From NCBI RefSeq assembly GCF_988243305.1, contig NZ_OZ547136.1: a stretch of 64,000 nucleotides of DNA, one strand, 5' to 3'. Below are positions 20,720 to 30,225 of the stretch, piece after piece (position 1 is the first letter of the stretch; every line of letters begins with the position of its first letter). A program made the position numbers and the translations under genes. The notes under the pieces were generated by a model. It did no database searches. It had not been told where the DNA came from and saw only the letters and a list, made by a program, of their open reading frames with translations.

Positions 20720-20755
20720 TACCCACAGGTAAACAAAAGTCAATACCCACAGGTT
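20720..20755. promoter_or_regulatory. Immunity operators O1/O2 (TACCCACAGGTA x2, 24 bp apart) between the cro-like and repressor genes
   Basis: AATACCCACAGGT is repeated at 20718 and 20742. The consensus TACC-N4-GGTA is shared with the sites at 21253 and 21278. Confidence 0.65.
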
Positions 20756-20790
20756 GTTTACCTTGCAGTAATCGCATCTATTATTTACCT

Positions 20791-21210
20791 ATGGACAAAT
20801 ATGAATTTAGACGACAGCAACTCATCAAAATTCGTGATGAGAAATGCGATGGTAAAGCGGTTAACGTGGCCAGAAAGATCGGGCGCGAGCCTTCTTATGT
20901 ATCAAGAATGTTGTACCCAGAGGGGAAAAAGGGAAAAAAACGGATCGCTGATGATATGGTGGAGATTATCGAAGAGTCCTTTGGGTTACCCCGGGGATGG
21001 ATGGATGGTATCGTTTCATCATCAACGAACACAGCCTCCAGTTATGAAACAAGGGTTCTAACGCCACGACAACGTATTTTTTTAGATCTCTTAGACGAAC
21101 TGCCAGAAAGTGAAGCGGATAACTTATTAAAAACTCTTGAAGAGAAAAAACAGTATTACAATATGATCTACGAAGAAATCCGTAAAAAGAAAGCACAAAA
21201 CGCATCATAG
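20791..21210 (+). CDS. Prophage repressor (DicA-position, CI-like)
   Basis: The 139-aa ORF has an N-terminal HTH-like region. Its C-terminus ..LLDELPESEADNLLKTLEEKK.. resembles the DicA tail (..NALPESEQD..). Confidence 0.6.
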   Translation: MDKYEFRRQQLIKIRDEKCDGKAVNVARKIGREPSYVSRMLYPEGKKGKKRIADDMVEIIEESFGLPRGWMDGIVSSSTNTASSYETRVLTPRQRIFLDLLDELPESEADNLLKTLEEKKQYYNMIYEEIRKKKAQNAS

Positions 21211-21252
21211 CTCACCAAACAACTAGTCACCAGTTAAGACACCGCAAAAAGT

Positions 21253-21289
21253 TACCCATGGGTATTTACTTTTTAAATACCTATGGGTA
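21253..21289. promoter_or_regulatory. Operators O3/O4 (TACCCATGGGTA and TACCTATGGGTA, 25 bp apart) at the ydfA-dicB operon promoter
   Basis: One perfect and one near-perfect 12-bp palindrome lie upstream of ydfA, flanking an AT-rich spacer TTTACTTTTTAAA. Confidence 0.65.
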
Positions 21290-21475
21290 TCCTTCTTTTC
21301 ATACCAACCCACCCCGCCCCACAGAATGCAGGGCAATACTTCGAGTTACCAGGCAGTGGTCAGGGGTTAAGTAGCCAGCCCGAGGCGTAAGAACATGACG
21401 GCAGGGTTCAACTTTAATAACTATGCAGCAGGTTTTTGTTCCGCTACCCCGGCGTTAAGGGGAAATGAGGTCAGC

Positions 21476-21631
21476 ATGGATACTATCGATCTTGGCAACA
21501 GCGAATCTCTGGTATGTGGCGTGTTCCCCAACCAAGACGGTACGTTCACCGCGATGACGTATACCAAAAGCAAAACGTTTAAAACCGAAAATGGTGCCCG
21601 TCGCTGGCTGGAAAGAAACTCAGGTGAGTGA
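21476..21631 (+). CDS. ydfA: YdfA
   Basis: I trimmed the start to MDTIDLGNSESLVCGVFPNQDGTFTAMTYTKSKTFKTENGARRWLERNSGE (51 aa). This is Qin YdfA. Confidence 0.85.
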   Translation: MDTIDLGNSESLVCGVFPNQDGTFTAMTYTKSKTFKTENGARRWLERNSGE

Positions 21632-21632
21632 T

Positions 21633-21761
21633 ATGGATTTCGACACAATCATGGAAAAGGCTTACGAAGAATACTTCGAAGGTCTTGCCGAAGGCGAAGA
21701 AGCTCTCAGCTTCAACGAATTTAAACAGGCGCTTTCCAGTTCGGCAAAATCTAACGGCTGA
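21633..21761 (+). CDS. ydfB: YdfB
   Basis: I translated it by hand: MDFDTIMEKAYEEYFEGLAEGEEALSFNEFKQALSSSAKSNG (42 aa). It is not in the ORF track. Confidence 0.8.
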   Translation: MDFDTIMEKAYEEYFEGLAEGEEALSFNEFKQALSSSAKSNG

Positions 21762-21790
21762 TAAGCGAAACAGCACCGCGAGGAATCAGT

Positions 21791-22006
21791 ATGCAGAAAC
21801 GAGAACCCGTCATCATCGCGCCAGACTATACCGATGATGAACTTTATGAGTGGATGCACCAGAAAATTAATGCAGCGCAGGATCTGAAATGGGCCAATGA
21901 AGCTAGGGCTAAGCAGGCTGAAAATCTGTCCGCTCTGGAGCAGGATATCACCAATCTGGAAAAAGCAGCAGCATTAAGCATTGCCAGAATGATTACAGGT
22001 TGGTAA
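21791..22006 (+). CDS. ydfC: YdfC
   Basis: The ORF reads MQKREPVIIAPDYTDDELYEWMHQKINAAQDLKWANEARAKQAENLSALEQDITNLEK... Confidence 0.85.
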   Translation: MQKREPVIIAPDYTDDELYEWMHQKINAAQDLKWANEARAKQAENLSALEQDITNLEKAAALSIARMITGW

Positions 22007-22318
22007 TAAAGGAGTTCTCCACGGGTGAGGTGGAGTGCGTGTGCCGGACACGGGTGAGCATCCGGCACTGACAGTTTACTGAAAGGATATTTCCCTGAAA
22101 AGTCAGACCATAACGCGAAAGCGCACGGCGAGGTAGCTGGTTCATAGATAGCCTGTCGTTAAATTTTCGTCGACCGTGCGCTTCCGGTTGTGGCAATCCG
22201 CGAAATGGCGCGGCGGTAAGTATGGCGGGGTTATTCCTTCCCCCGTTGAGGACACCGGGTTGTCAGGTTGACCATACGCTTAAGTGACAACCCCGCTGCA
22301 ACGCCCTCTGTTATCAAT

Positions 22319-22371
22319 TTTCTGGTGACGTTTGGCGGTATCAGTTTTACTCCGTGACTGCTCTGCCGCCC
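22319..22371 (+). ncRNA. dicF: DicF small RNA (ftsZ/manX/xylR-targeting)
   Basis: TTTCTGGTGACGTTTGGCGGTATCAGTTTTACTCCGTGACTGCTCTGCCGCCC followed by TTTTT matches the remembered 53-nt K-12 DicF. It lies between ydfC and dicB. Confidence 0.85.
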
Positions 22372-22545
22372 TTTTTAAAGTGAATTTTGTGATGTGGTGA
22401 ATGCGGCTGAGCGCACGCGGAACAGTTAAAACCAAAAACAGTGTTATGGGTGGATTCTCTGTATCCGGCGTTAATTGTTAACTGGTTAACGTCACCTGGA
22501 GGCACCAGGCACCGCATCACAAAATTCATTGTTGAGGACGCGATA

Positions 22546-22734
22546 ATGAAAACGTTATTACCAAACGTTAATACGTCTGAAGGTTGTTTTGAAATTGGTG
22601 TCACTATCAGTAACCCAGTATTTACTGAAGATGCCATTAACAAGAGAAAACAAGAACGGGAGCTATTAAATAAAATATGCATTGTTTCAATGCTGGCTCG
22701 TTTACGTCTGATGCCAAAAAGATGTGCACAATGA
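22546..22734 (+). CDS. dicB: DicB cell-division inhibitor
   Basis: The ORF reads MKTLLPNVNTSEGCFEIGVTISNPVFTEDAINKRKQERELLNKICIVSMLARLRLMPKRCAQ (62 aa). Confidence 0.9.
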   Translation: MKTLLPNVNTSEGCFEIGVTISNPVFTEDAINKRKQERELLNKICIVSMLARLRLMPKRCAQ

Positions 22735-22922
22735 ATTCAGCATTTGCGCTTGTTCTGACAGTTTTTCTTGTTTCCGGAGAGCCAGTTGATATTGCAGTCA
22801 GTGTTCACAGGACAATGCAGGAGTGTATGACTGCAGCAACCGAACAGAAAATTCCCGGTAACTGTTACCCGGTCGATAAAGTTATTCACCAGGATAATAT
22901 CGAAATCCCGGCAGGTCTTTAA
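22731..22922 (+). CDS. ydfD: YdfD lysis-associated small membrane protein
   Basis: The ORF reads MNSAFALVLTVFLVSGEPVDIAVSVHRTMQECMTAATEQKIPGNCYPVDKVIHQDNIEIPAGL (63 aa). An ATGA overlap links it to dicB. Confidence 0.85.
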   Translation: MNSAFALVLTVFLVSGEPVDIAVSVHRTMQECMTAATEQKIPGNCYPVDKVIHQDNIEIPAGL

Positions 22923-23015
22923 AACAGTTCCGTAATAAATATCCGGTTTCATTCTTATATGCCAGCAATGGCAGGGATTTATTCATCCTTAAATCTGTCA
23001 TGAGGTTAAAATAAA

Positions 23016-25487
23016 ATGAGTAAAGTCTTTATTTGCGCCGCTATTCCTGACGAACTGGCAACAAGGGAAGAAGGCGCTGTGGCTGTAGCCACAGCCATTG
23101 AAGCTGGCGACGAACGCCGTGCTCGAGCAAAATTTCACTGGCAATTCCTGGAACATTATCCGGCTGCTCAGGACTGCGCTTATAAATTTATTGTCTGCGA
23201 GGATAAACCTGGCATACCCCGCCCAGCCCTCGATTCATGGGATGCTGAATATATGCAGGAAAACCGCTGGGATGAGGATTCTGCTTCTTTTGTTCCGGTT
23301 GAGACTGAATCCGATCCGATGAACGTCACTTTTGACAAGCTGGCCCCTGAAGTACAGAACGCTGTCATGGTTAAGTTCGACACATGTGAAAACATCACCG
23401 TTGATATGATTATTAGCGCGCAGGAATTGTTGCAGGAAGACATGGCAACATTCGACGGACATATCGTTGAAGCGTTGATGAAAATGCCAGAAGTTAACGC
23501 CATGTATCCGGAGCTTAAGTTGCACGCCATTGGGTGGGTTAAGCATAAATGTATTCCTAGTGCTAAATGGCCCGAAATTCAGGCAGAGATGCGCATCTGG
23601 AAAAAACGTCGCGAAGGTGAACGCAAGGAAACCGGAAAATACACGTCTGTTGTTGATCTCGCCCGCGCCAGAACCAATCAACAGTACACTGAAAATTCAA
23701 CAGGAAAAATCTGCCCGGTCATTGCTGCCATTCATCGCGAATACAAGCAGACATGGAAAACACTGGATGACGAACTGGCCTACGCTCTCTGGCCTGGTGA
23801 TGTGGGTGCCGGAAACATTGACGGCAGCATCCATCGCTGGGCAAAAAAAGAAGTTATCGACAACGACCGCGAAGACTGGAAGCGTATCTCGGCATCAATG
23901 CGCAAACAGCCTGATGCCCTTCGCTACGACCGCCAAACTATTTTTGGCCTTGTCCGTGAGCGTCCGATCGACATTCACAAAGATCCCGTAGCACTGAACA
24001 AATATATCTGCGAATACCTGACGACAAAGGGCGCGTTTGAGAATGAAGAAACAGACCTGGGCACTGTTGATGTTCTCCAGTCATCAGAAACACAAACTGA
24101 TGCAGTGGAAACTGAGGTATCTGATATCCCAAAAAATGAAACCGCGCCGGAAGCTGAACCATCTGTAGAGCGTGAGGGGCCGTTCTATTTCCTCTTCGCA
24201 GATAAGGACGGAGAAAAATACGGTCGCGCAAACAAACTTTCTGGTCTGGATAAGGCACTGGCTGCTGGCGCCACTGAAATCACAAAAGAAGAATATTTTG
24301 CCCGAAAAAATGGCACATACACGGGCTTACCGCAAAATGTAGATACCGCTGAAGATTCAGAACAACCAGAGCCGATAAAAGTTACCGCTGACGAAGTAAA
24401 CAAAATTATGCAGGCAGCCAATATCAGCCAGCCTGACGCCGATAAGTTGCTTGCTGCATCACGTGGTGAATTTGTTGAAGGGATTAGTGACCCGAATGAT
24501 CCGAAATGGGTTAAGGGGATCCAGACCCGCGATTCTGTGAACCAGAACCAGCATGAATCGGAACGGAACTACCAAAAAGCGGAACAAAACAGTCCAAATG
24601 CGTTACAAAACGAGCCAGAAACGAAACAGCCTGAACCAGTGGCGCAACAGGAAGTGGAAAAAGCCTGCACCGCCTGCGGTCAGACCGGCGGCGGCAACTG
24701 CCCTGATTGTGGCGCGGTGATGGGCGACGCAACATACCAAGAAACATTCGATGAAGAGTATCAGGTTGAAGTTCAGGAAGATGATCCGGAGGAAATGGAA
24801 GGCGCTGAACATCCACACAAGGAGAACACTGGCGGCAATCAGCATCACAATAGCGATAATGAAACTGGCGAGACGGCAGATCACCCAATTAAGGTGAACG
24901 GTCATCACGAAATCACATCCACCAGCAGGACGTGTGACCATCTAATGATCGACCTTGAAACCATGGGAAAAAATCCTGATGCCCCGATCATCTCAATAGG
25001 TGCAATATTTTTCGATCCGCAAACCGGAGATATGGGACCGGAATTTAGTAAGACTATCGATCTGGAAACTGCTGGCGGAGTCATTGATCGGGACACCATT
25101 AAATGGTGGCTTAAGCAATCACGCGAAGCGCAATCTGCCATTATGACCGATGAAATCCCGTTAGATGATGCACTGTTACAATTGCGGGAATTTATCGACG
25201 AAAACTCCGGTGAATTTTTTGTTCATGTCTGGGGAAATGGAGCCAACTTCGACAACACGATTTTGCGCCGTTCATACGAACGGCAGGGGATCCCCTGCCC
25301 GTGGCGTTACTACAACGATCGCGATGTACGCACAATCGTTGAGCTGGGGAAAGCCATAGACTTCGATGCCAGAACGGCTATTCCATTCGAAGGTGAGCGC
25401 CATAATGCACTTGATGACGCCCGTTACCAGGCAAAATACGTTTCAGTTATCTGGCAAAAACTGATCCCGAGTCAGGCTGATTCTTAA
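23016..25487 (+). CDS. Large exonuclease: YdfE-like N-terminus, acidic linker with a CxxC..CxxC motif, C-terminal DEDDh 3'-5' exonuclease domain
   Basis: The 823-aa ORF has a C-terminus MIDLETMG...WGNGANFDNTIL...HNALDDARYQA with DEDD-h motifs. In K-12 the equivalent gene (ydfE) is truncated by an IS. Confidence 0.75.
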   Translation: MSKVFICAAIPDELATREEGAVAVATAIEAGDERRARAKFHWQFLEHYPAAQDCAYKFIVCEDKPGIPRPALDSWDAEYMQENRWDEDSASFVPVETESDPMNVTFDKLAPEVQNAVMVKFDTCENITVDMIISAQELLQEDMATFDGHIVEALMKMPEVNAMYPELKLHAIGWVKHKCIPSAKWPEIQAEMRIWKKRREGERKETGKYTSVVDLARARTNQQYTENSTGKICPVIAAIHREYKQTWKTLDDELAYALWPGDVGAGNIDGSIHRWAKKEVIDNDREDWKRISASMRKQPDALRYDRQTIFGLVRERPIDIHKDPVALNKYICEYLTTKGAFENEETDLGTVDVLQSSETQTDAVETEVSDIPKNETAPEAEPSVEREGPFYFLFADKDGEKYGRANKLSGLDKALAAGATEITKEEYFARKNGTYTGLPQNVDTAEDSEQPEPIKVTADEVNKIMQAANISQPDADKLLAASRGEFVEGISDPNDPKWVKGIQTRDSVNQNQHESERNYQKAEQNSPNALQNEPETKQPEPVAQQEVEKACTACGQTGGGNCPDCGAVMGDATYQETFDEEYQVEVQEDDPEEMEGAEHPHKENTGGNQHHNSDNETGETADHPIKVNGHHEITSTSRTCDHLMIDLETMGKNPDAPIISIGAIFFDPQTGDMGPEFSKTIDLETAGGVIDRDTIKWWLKQSREAQSAIMTDEIPLDDALLQLREFIDENSGEFFVHVWGNGANFDNTILRRSYERQGIPCPWRYYNDRDVRTIVELGKAIDFDARTAIPFEGERHNALDDARYQAKYVSVIWQKLIPSQADS

Positions 25488-25559
25488 TGTTCAACTGTCG
25501 CCGGTTGTGACTGGTATTCTGCAACCGGCGCTCGTCTAATGTAAGAGATAAAGAAATCG

Positions 25560-25811
25560 ATGAGCGAAGTAATCATGATTGTCTCTCCCGGCAAATGGGT
25601 ATCCGAAGAGCAGTTAATTGCGCTGAAAGGAATAAAAAAAGGTACGTTAAAAAAGGCCCGGGAAAAATCGTTTATGGAAGGAAGGGAATATAAGCATGTC
25701 GCTCATGACGGTATGCCATGGGATAACAGCCCATGCTTTTACAACCTGGAAGAAATTGATCGCTGGATTGAGCGCCAGGCATCAGCGAGACCAAGACGTC
25801 ATCTTACTTGA
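25560..25811 (+). CDS. Putative excisionase
   Basis: It is a small basic ORF immediately upstream of int. The start is uncertain (MSEVIM or MIVSPGKW). Confidence 0.5.
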   Translation: MSEVIMIVSPGKWVSEEQLIALKGIKKGTLKKAREKSFMEGREYKHVAHDGMPWDNSPCFYNLEEIDRWIERQASARPRRHLT

Positions 25812-25845
25812 CTAAAAGCCACACTAACTAATGAGAGAAGTTGAA

Positions 25846-27126
25846 ATGAAATATCCGACAGGCGTGGAAAACCATGGAGGGAAATTACGTATCTGGTTTG
25901 TTTATAAAGGCGTAAGAGTCAGGGAAAATCTGGGGGTTCCTGACACAGCAAAAAACAGGCGCGTTGCAGGTGAACTACGCGCCTCTGTTTGTTACGCAAT
26001 AAAAACTGGTGTTTTCGACTATGCAAAACAGTTTCCCTCCTCACGCAATCTGGAAAAATTTGGTGAGGCCCGACAAGATTTAACCATAAAAGAACTGGCT
26101 GAAAAATTTCTGGCACTGAAAGAAACTGAAGTCGCAAAAACATCACTCAACACATACCGTGCCGTCATCAAAAATATCCTGAGCATAATCGGTGAAAAAA
26201 ATCTTGCCTCATCGATTAATAAAGAAAAATTACTGGAGGTTCGTAAAGAGCTACTGACTGGATACCAGATCCCCAAAAGTAACTATATTGTTACACAACC
26301 AGGGAGATCGGCTGTAACTGTAAATAATTACATGACAAATCTTAACGCCGTGTTCCAGTTTGGTGTTGATAACGGTTACCTGGCAGATAACCCGTTTAAG
26401 GGGATCTCGCCATTAAAGGAATCAAGAACCATTCCGGATCCTCTTTCGCGGGAGGAATTCATCCGTCTTATCGATGAGTGCAGAAATCAGCAAGCCAAAA
26501 ATTTATGGTGTGTTTCTGTTTATACTGGCGTTCGCCCTGGTGAGCTGTGTGCACTTGGATGGGAGGACATAGATCTGAAAAATGGAACAATGATGATCAG
26601 GAGAAATTTAGCAAAAGACCGTTTCACGGTACCAAAAACACAGGCGGGAACCAATCGGGTCATTCATCTTATTAAGCCAGCAATCGACGCTCTCCGGAGT
26701 CAGATGACATTAACGAGACTGAGCAAAGAGCATATCATTGATGTTCACCTCAGAGAGTATGGCAGAACAGAAAAACATAAATGCACCTTTGTTTTTCAAC
26801 CTGAAGTGTCAGCGAGAGTAAAAAATTATGGTGACCATTTTACCGTTGACTCAATAAGGCAGATGTGGGACGCAGCGATAAAACGTGCCGGACTCCGCCA
26901 TCGAAAATCATATCAGTCGAGACATACTTATGCCTGCTGGTCGCTGACTGCTGGTGCTAACCCGGCATTTATAGCAAACCAGATGGGCCATGCAGATGCG
27001 CAAATGGTATTTCAGGTATACGGAAAATGGATGTCTGAAAACAATAATGCACAGGTAGCTTTGTTAAATACACAGTTAAGCGAGTTTGCCCCAACCATGC
27101 CCCATAACGAAGCAATGAAAAATTAA
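25846..27126 (+). CDS. Tyrosine integrase (full length; K-12 intQ is a pseudogene)
   Basis: The ORF starts MKYPTGVENHGGKLRIWFVYKGVRVRENLG.. (arm-binding N-terminus). The catalytic region reads ..TGVRPGELCAL..HLIK..SRHTYACW..ANQMGH..VY. Confidence 0.9.
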   Translation: MKYPTGVENHGGKLRIWFVYKGVRVRENLGVPDTAKNRRVAGELRASVCYAIKTGVFDYAKQFPSSRNLEKFGEARQDLTIKELAEKFLALKETEVAKTSLNTYRAVIKNILSIIGEKNLASSINKEKLLEVRKELLTGYQIPKSNYIVTQPGRSAVTVNNYMTNLNAVFQFGVDNGYLADNPFKGISPLKESRTIPDPLSREEFIRLIDECRNQQAKNLWCVSVYTGVRPGELCALGWEDIDLKNGTMMIRRNLAKDRFTVPKTQAGTNRVIHLIKPAIDALRSQMTLTRLSKEHIIDVHLREYGRTEKHKCTFVFQPEVSARVKNYGDHFTVDSIRQMWDAAIKRAGLRHRKSYQSRHTYACWSLTAGANPAFIANQMGHADAQMVFQVYGKWMSENNNAQVALLNTQLSEFAPTMPHNEAMKN

Positions 27127-27163
27127 TTTAATATTTATCAAATAGTTGACACGTATGACTCTT

Positions 27164-27256
27164 GAAATCCATAAATTCAAGCGCAGTGCCCAGCCATCCC
27201 GATACTGCTGCTTTCACCAAATCCTTAGTGCTTCTTTCGTGTTTTTCTATTGTCAT
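27164..27256 (-). pseudogene. ydfJ: ydfJ 5' fragment (first 31 codons), split by the prophage
   Basis: The minus strand encodes MTIEKHERSTKDLVKAAVSGWLGTALEFMDF, then diverges (KSHTCQLFDKY-stop) where K-12 YdfJ continues QLYS... Confidence 0.8.
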
Positions 27257-27313
27257 AATGGTTATCTCTAAAAAAGAGGTAAGATGCGTACTACTTACTC
27301 GCCGTTATTGGTA

Positions 27314-28333
27314 TTATTCAGAAAAAGTGAGTAAGACTTTGCAGCAATGTTTTTGATCCTGTTCAAATAAACTAATGGCATCAGCAACATGCTGGAAATC
27401 AAACGTATGGGTAATTAATTTTTCTGGTTTAATTAACCCTTTACTTAACCAGTCGATAACGACCGGAAATTTATTTGCATTTAAGCGTGAAGAGAAAATA
27501 GAGAGTTCTTTTCCGGTAATTCCTTGCTGAATCACTTCAGACGGTTCACTGGAGAAGCCCATCAATACAATACGTGCCGCTGGAGAAGCCAGCGTTACGG
27601 CTTCTTTCAGGATTGAAGGATGACAAGCCGCATCGATAATTAATGTCGGCTTTATGCCTTTTTCAGCGAAAATCTCGCCAAGCGGTGTCTGGCTGTTATT
27701 AATCGCCCAGTCTGCCCCGCTCTCTTTCGCTTTTTCCAGTCGTTCATCAATGCGATCGGCAACAATCACATTCTTAACGTTATAGACGCCTTTTAATACC
27801 TGAACGATCGTCAGGCCGATTGGACCGGCACCGTAAACCAGAACGGTATCATTTTCAGTCGGTTGACCATGACCGGTAACGTTAGCCGCAATGGTAAAAG
27901 GTTCGATCATCACCGCATATTGATCGGCCACTGCTTCAGGAATTTTCCACGCATTTTTTGCCGGCACCACGGCATATTCACTGAAACCACCGTCAGCGTG
28001 CACACCTAATACAGCCAGTGTCGTACAAACGTTCGGTTTACCTATAGAGCACGGATAGCAATGCCCACAGCTGACCACCGGATCGACTGCAACACGTTCA
28101 CCGACTCTGGCGCTTTCCACGCCTTCACCCACTGCATCAATGACGCCAAAGAATTCATGACCAATGACGCGCGGATATTTCGCAAAAGGATTATGCCCAC
28201 GATAAATATGGCTATCTGAACCACAAATTCCGGCAAGTTTTACTTTTACTCGTACTTCACCCGCTGACGGGGTGGGTATTTCACGTTCGACAATCGCCAG
28301 TTGATTCGGTTTTTCAATTAATATGCTTTTCAT
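27314..28333 (-). CDS. rspB: Starvation-sensing protein RspB (Zn-dependent dehydrogenase)
   Basis: The ORF-track protein is recognised as RspB. I trimmed the start to MKSILIEKPNQLAIVE (339 aa). Confidence 0.9.
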   Translation of the reverse strand: MKSILIEKPNQLAIVEREIPTPSAGEVRVKVKLAGICGSDSHIYRGHNPFAKYPRVIGHEFFGVIDAVGEGVESARVGERVAVDPVVSCGHCYPCSIGKPNVCTTLAVLGVHADGGFSEYAVVPAKNAWKIPEAVADQYAVMIEPFTIAANVTGHGQPTENDTVLVYGAGPIGLTIVQVLKGVYNVKNVIVADRIDERLEKAKESGADWAINNSQTPLGEIFAEKGIKPTLIIDAACHPSILKEAVTLASPAARIVLMGFSSEPSEVIQQGITGKELSIFSSRLNANKFPVVIDWLSKGLIKPEKLITHTFDFQHVADAISLFEQDQKHCCKVLLTFSE

Positions 28334-28344
28334 TATCTTACTCC

Positions 28345-29559
28345 TTACCAGTTCCACAGCGTGCCATCTTCCAGACGTGCGACTGGTAGATAAGCAGGTT
28401 CATAGGGATATTTCGCCGCCAGCTTTTCATCGAATTCGATGCCAAGACCCGGTTTGTTTCCCGGATGCATATAGCCGTTATCGAAAGTCCAGTTGTGCGG
28501 GAAGACTTCAAGCATTTGTTCGGAATAACCCATGTACTCCTGGACACCGAAATTGGGGACCCACAGATCAAAGTGCAGCGCCGCAGCCATGCAGACTGGT
28601 GACAAATCGGAAGGACCGTGTGAGCCAGTACGTACCTGATACAACGAAGCAAAATCGGCAATCCGGCGCATACCGGTAATGCCACCCGCGTGGGTCAGCG
28701 TAGTGCGGATATAATCGATAAGTTGCTCTTCAATCAGTTGCTTGCAGTCCCAGATGCTGTTGAAGACTTCACCCACCGCGATGGGTGTGACGGTATGTTG
28801 GCGAATGAGACGGAAGCATTCCTGGTTTTCCGCAGGCGTCGGGTCTTCCATCCAGAACATGCGATAATCTTCAATGCTTTTACCAAAGCGCGCCGCTTCA
28901 ATAGGCGTTAAGCGATGGTGCATGTCATGCAGCAAATGTTCATTAAAACCAAACTTGTTACGTACCGCGTCAAACAATTTCGGCATAAAATCGAGGTATT
29001 TCTCCGTCGACCACAGCTGCTCTTCCGGCCACTGTCCTTTAGTTGCGGGTTCATAAGCCAGACCTTTACCTTTCGACATGCCGTAGGTGGTTTTCATACC
29101 AGGGATTCCGCACTGCACGCGGATGGCTTTGAATCCCAGCTCCTGATGACGAGCATAATCATCCAGAGCTTCATCAATACTGTGACCGGTGGTATGGCAA
29201 TAAACCATCACCCCTTCACGAGACGCGCCGCCGAGTAACTGGTAAAGCGGCATGTTGGCAGCTTTGGCTTTAATATCCCACAGCGCCATATCAACCGCTG
29301 AAATGGCCGACATCGTAACCGGACCGCGACGCCAGTAAGCACCTTTATAGAAAAACTGCCAGATATCTTCGATACGGTGCGCATCGCGACCAATAAGCTG
29401 CGGACAAAGGTGATCCTGCAAATAAGAGGCCACGGAAAGCTCACGTCCATTGAGGGTGGCATCCCCAAGGCCCGTAATACCGTCCTCAGTGGTGATTTTT
29501 AATGTGACGAAATTACGCCCCGGACAGGTAACAAAAACTTCAGCCTTTACGATCTTCAT
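28345..29559 (-). CDS. rspA: Starvation-sensing protein RspA (mannonate dehydratase-like enolase superfamily)
   Basis: I trimmed the start to [40 protein letters not shown] (404 aa). Confidence 0.9.
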   Translation of the reverse strand: MKIVKAEVFVTCPGRNFVTLKITTEDGITGLGDATLNGRELSVASYLQDHLCPQLIGRDAHRIEDIWQFFYKGAYWRRGPVTMSAISAVDMALWDIKAKAANMPLYQLLGGASREGVMVYCHTTGHSIDEALDDYARHQELGFKAIRVQCGIPGMKTTYGMSKGKGLAYEPATKGQWPEEQLWSTEKYLDFMPKLFDAVRNKFGFNEHLLHDMHHRLTPIEAARFGKSIEDYRMFWMEDPTPAENQECFRLIRQHTVTPIAVGEVFNSIWDCKQLIEEQLIDYIRTTLTHAGGITGMRRIADFASLYQVRTGSHGPSDLSPVCMAAALHFDLWVPNFGVQEYMGYSEQMLEVFPHNWTFDNGYMHPGNKPGLGIEFDEKLAAKYPYEPAYLPVARLEDGTLWNW

Positions 29560-29764
29560 GTTCGATTCCTTGCATCGCTTGTCATGATGCATGAAATCTA
29601 CGCAACTGAGCTACTACCATACAAGTATGAAGATCAAAAAAAGCCGGAGTGATCACAAAAAAAGGCGTATATTTGCGCCGTGAATGGTTGACAAAAGATG
29701 AAATAGAATACCTTTTGTCAGCTGACACTTCCTTGTATCTTATTGATAAAATGGATTTATGTCC

Positions 29765-30091
29765 TTACGCGCGCCCCCAGCCCGCAACAATGATCAACAT
29801 GCCGCAAAGCGCAATCAACGCCCCCGTCCAGTCATAAAGACTCAGTTTCACGCCATCCACAACGCGCAGCCACATCAACGCCGTGCAGACATAAACGCCA
29901 CCATAAGCCGCGTAAACACGCCCACTCGCCGCAGGATGCAACGTTAACAACCAGACAAACAGTGCCAGAGAAATCCCCGCCGGAAGTAACAGCCAGATAC
30001 TGGCGTTTCGTTTTAACCACAACCAGGGCAGAAAGCATCCAATAATTTCACACAGCGCAGTAGCAAAAAATAGTAACGTTGTTTTAATCAT
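29765..30091 (-). CDS. ynfA: UPF0060 membrane protein YnfA
   Basis: The ORF starts [33 protein letters not shown]... (108 aa). Confidence 0.9.
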
Positions 30092-30225
30092 CTTTGTCAC
30101 TTATTGACATCATGTATAGTTATAGGACGACATAATATCATCAATATAAACATCCTCCTGGTACGTTTTGCGTTCGCAGTGGATGGTGTAGAATCACCTT
30201 TAATCATTCATACAGGGAATGAATT

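Noticed and set aside
20720-21289. Possible regulatory cross-talk: the prophage operators (TACC-N4-GGTA) resemble the satellite left-end repeats (TACC-N9-GGTA) and the satellite operator GGTAATTACC
   Set aside because: Only 4-bp half-sites are shared, with different spacing (N4 versus N9) or inverted arrangement. Matches this short are expected by chance, so this is not evidence that the prophage repressor binds the satellite.
23098-25359. ORFs antisense to or out of frame with the 823-aa exonuclease gene (for example 24511-24941)
   Set aside because: These are shadow ORFs within the low-complexity acidic linker region. They have no independent start signals.
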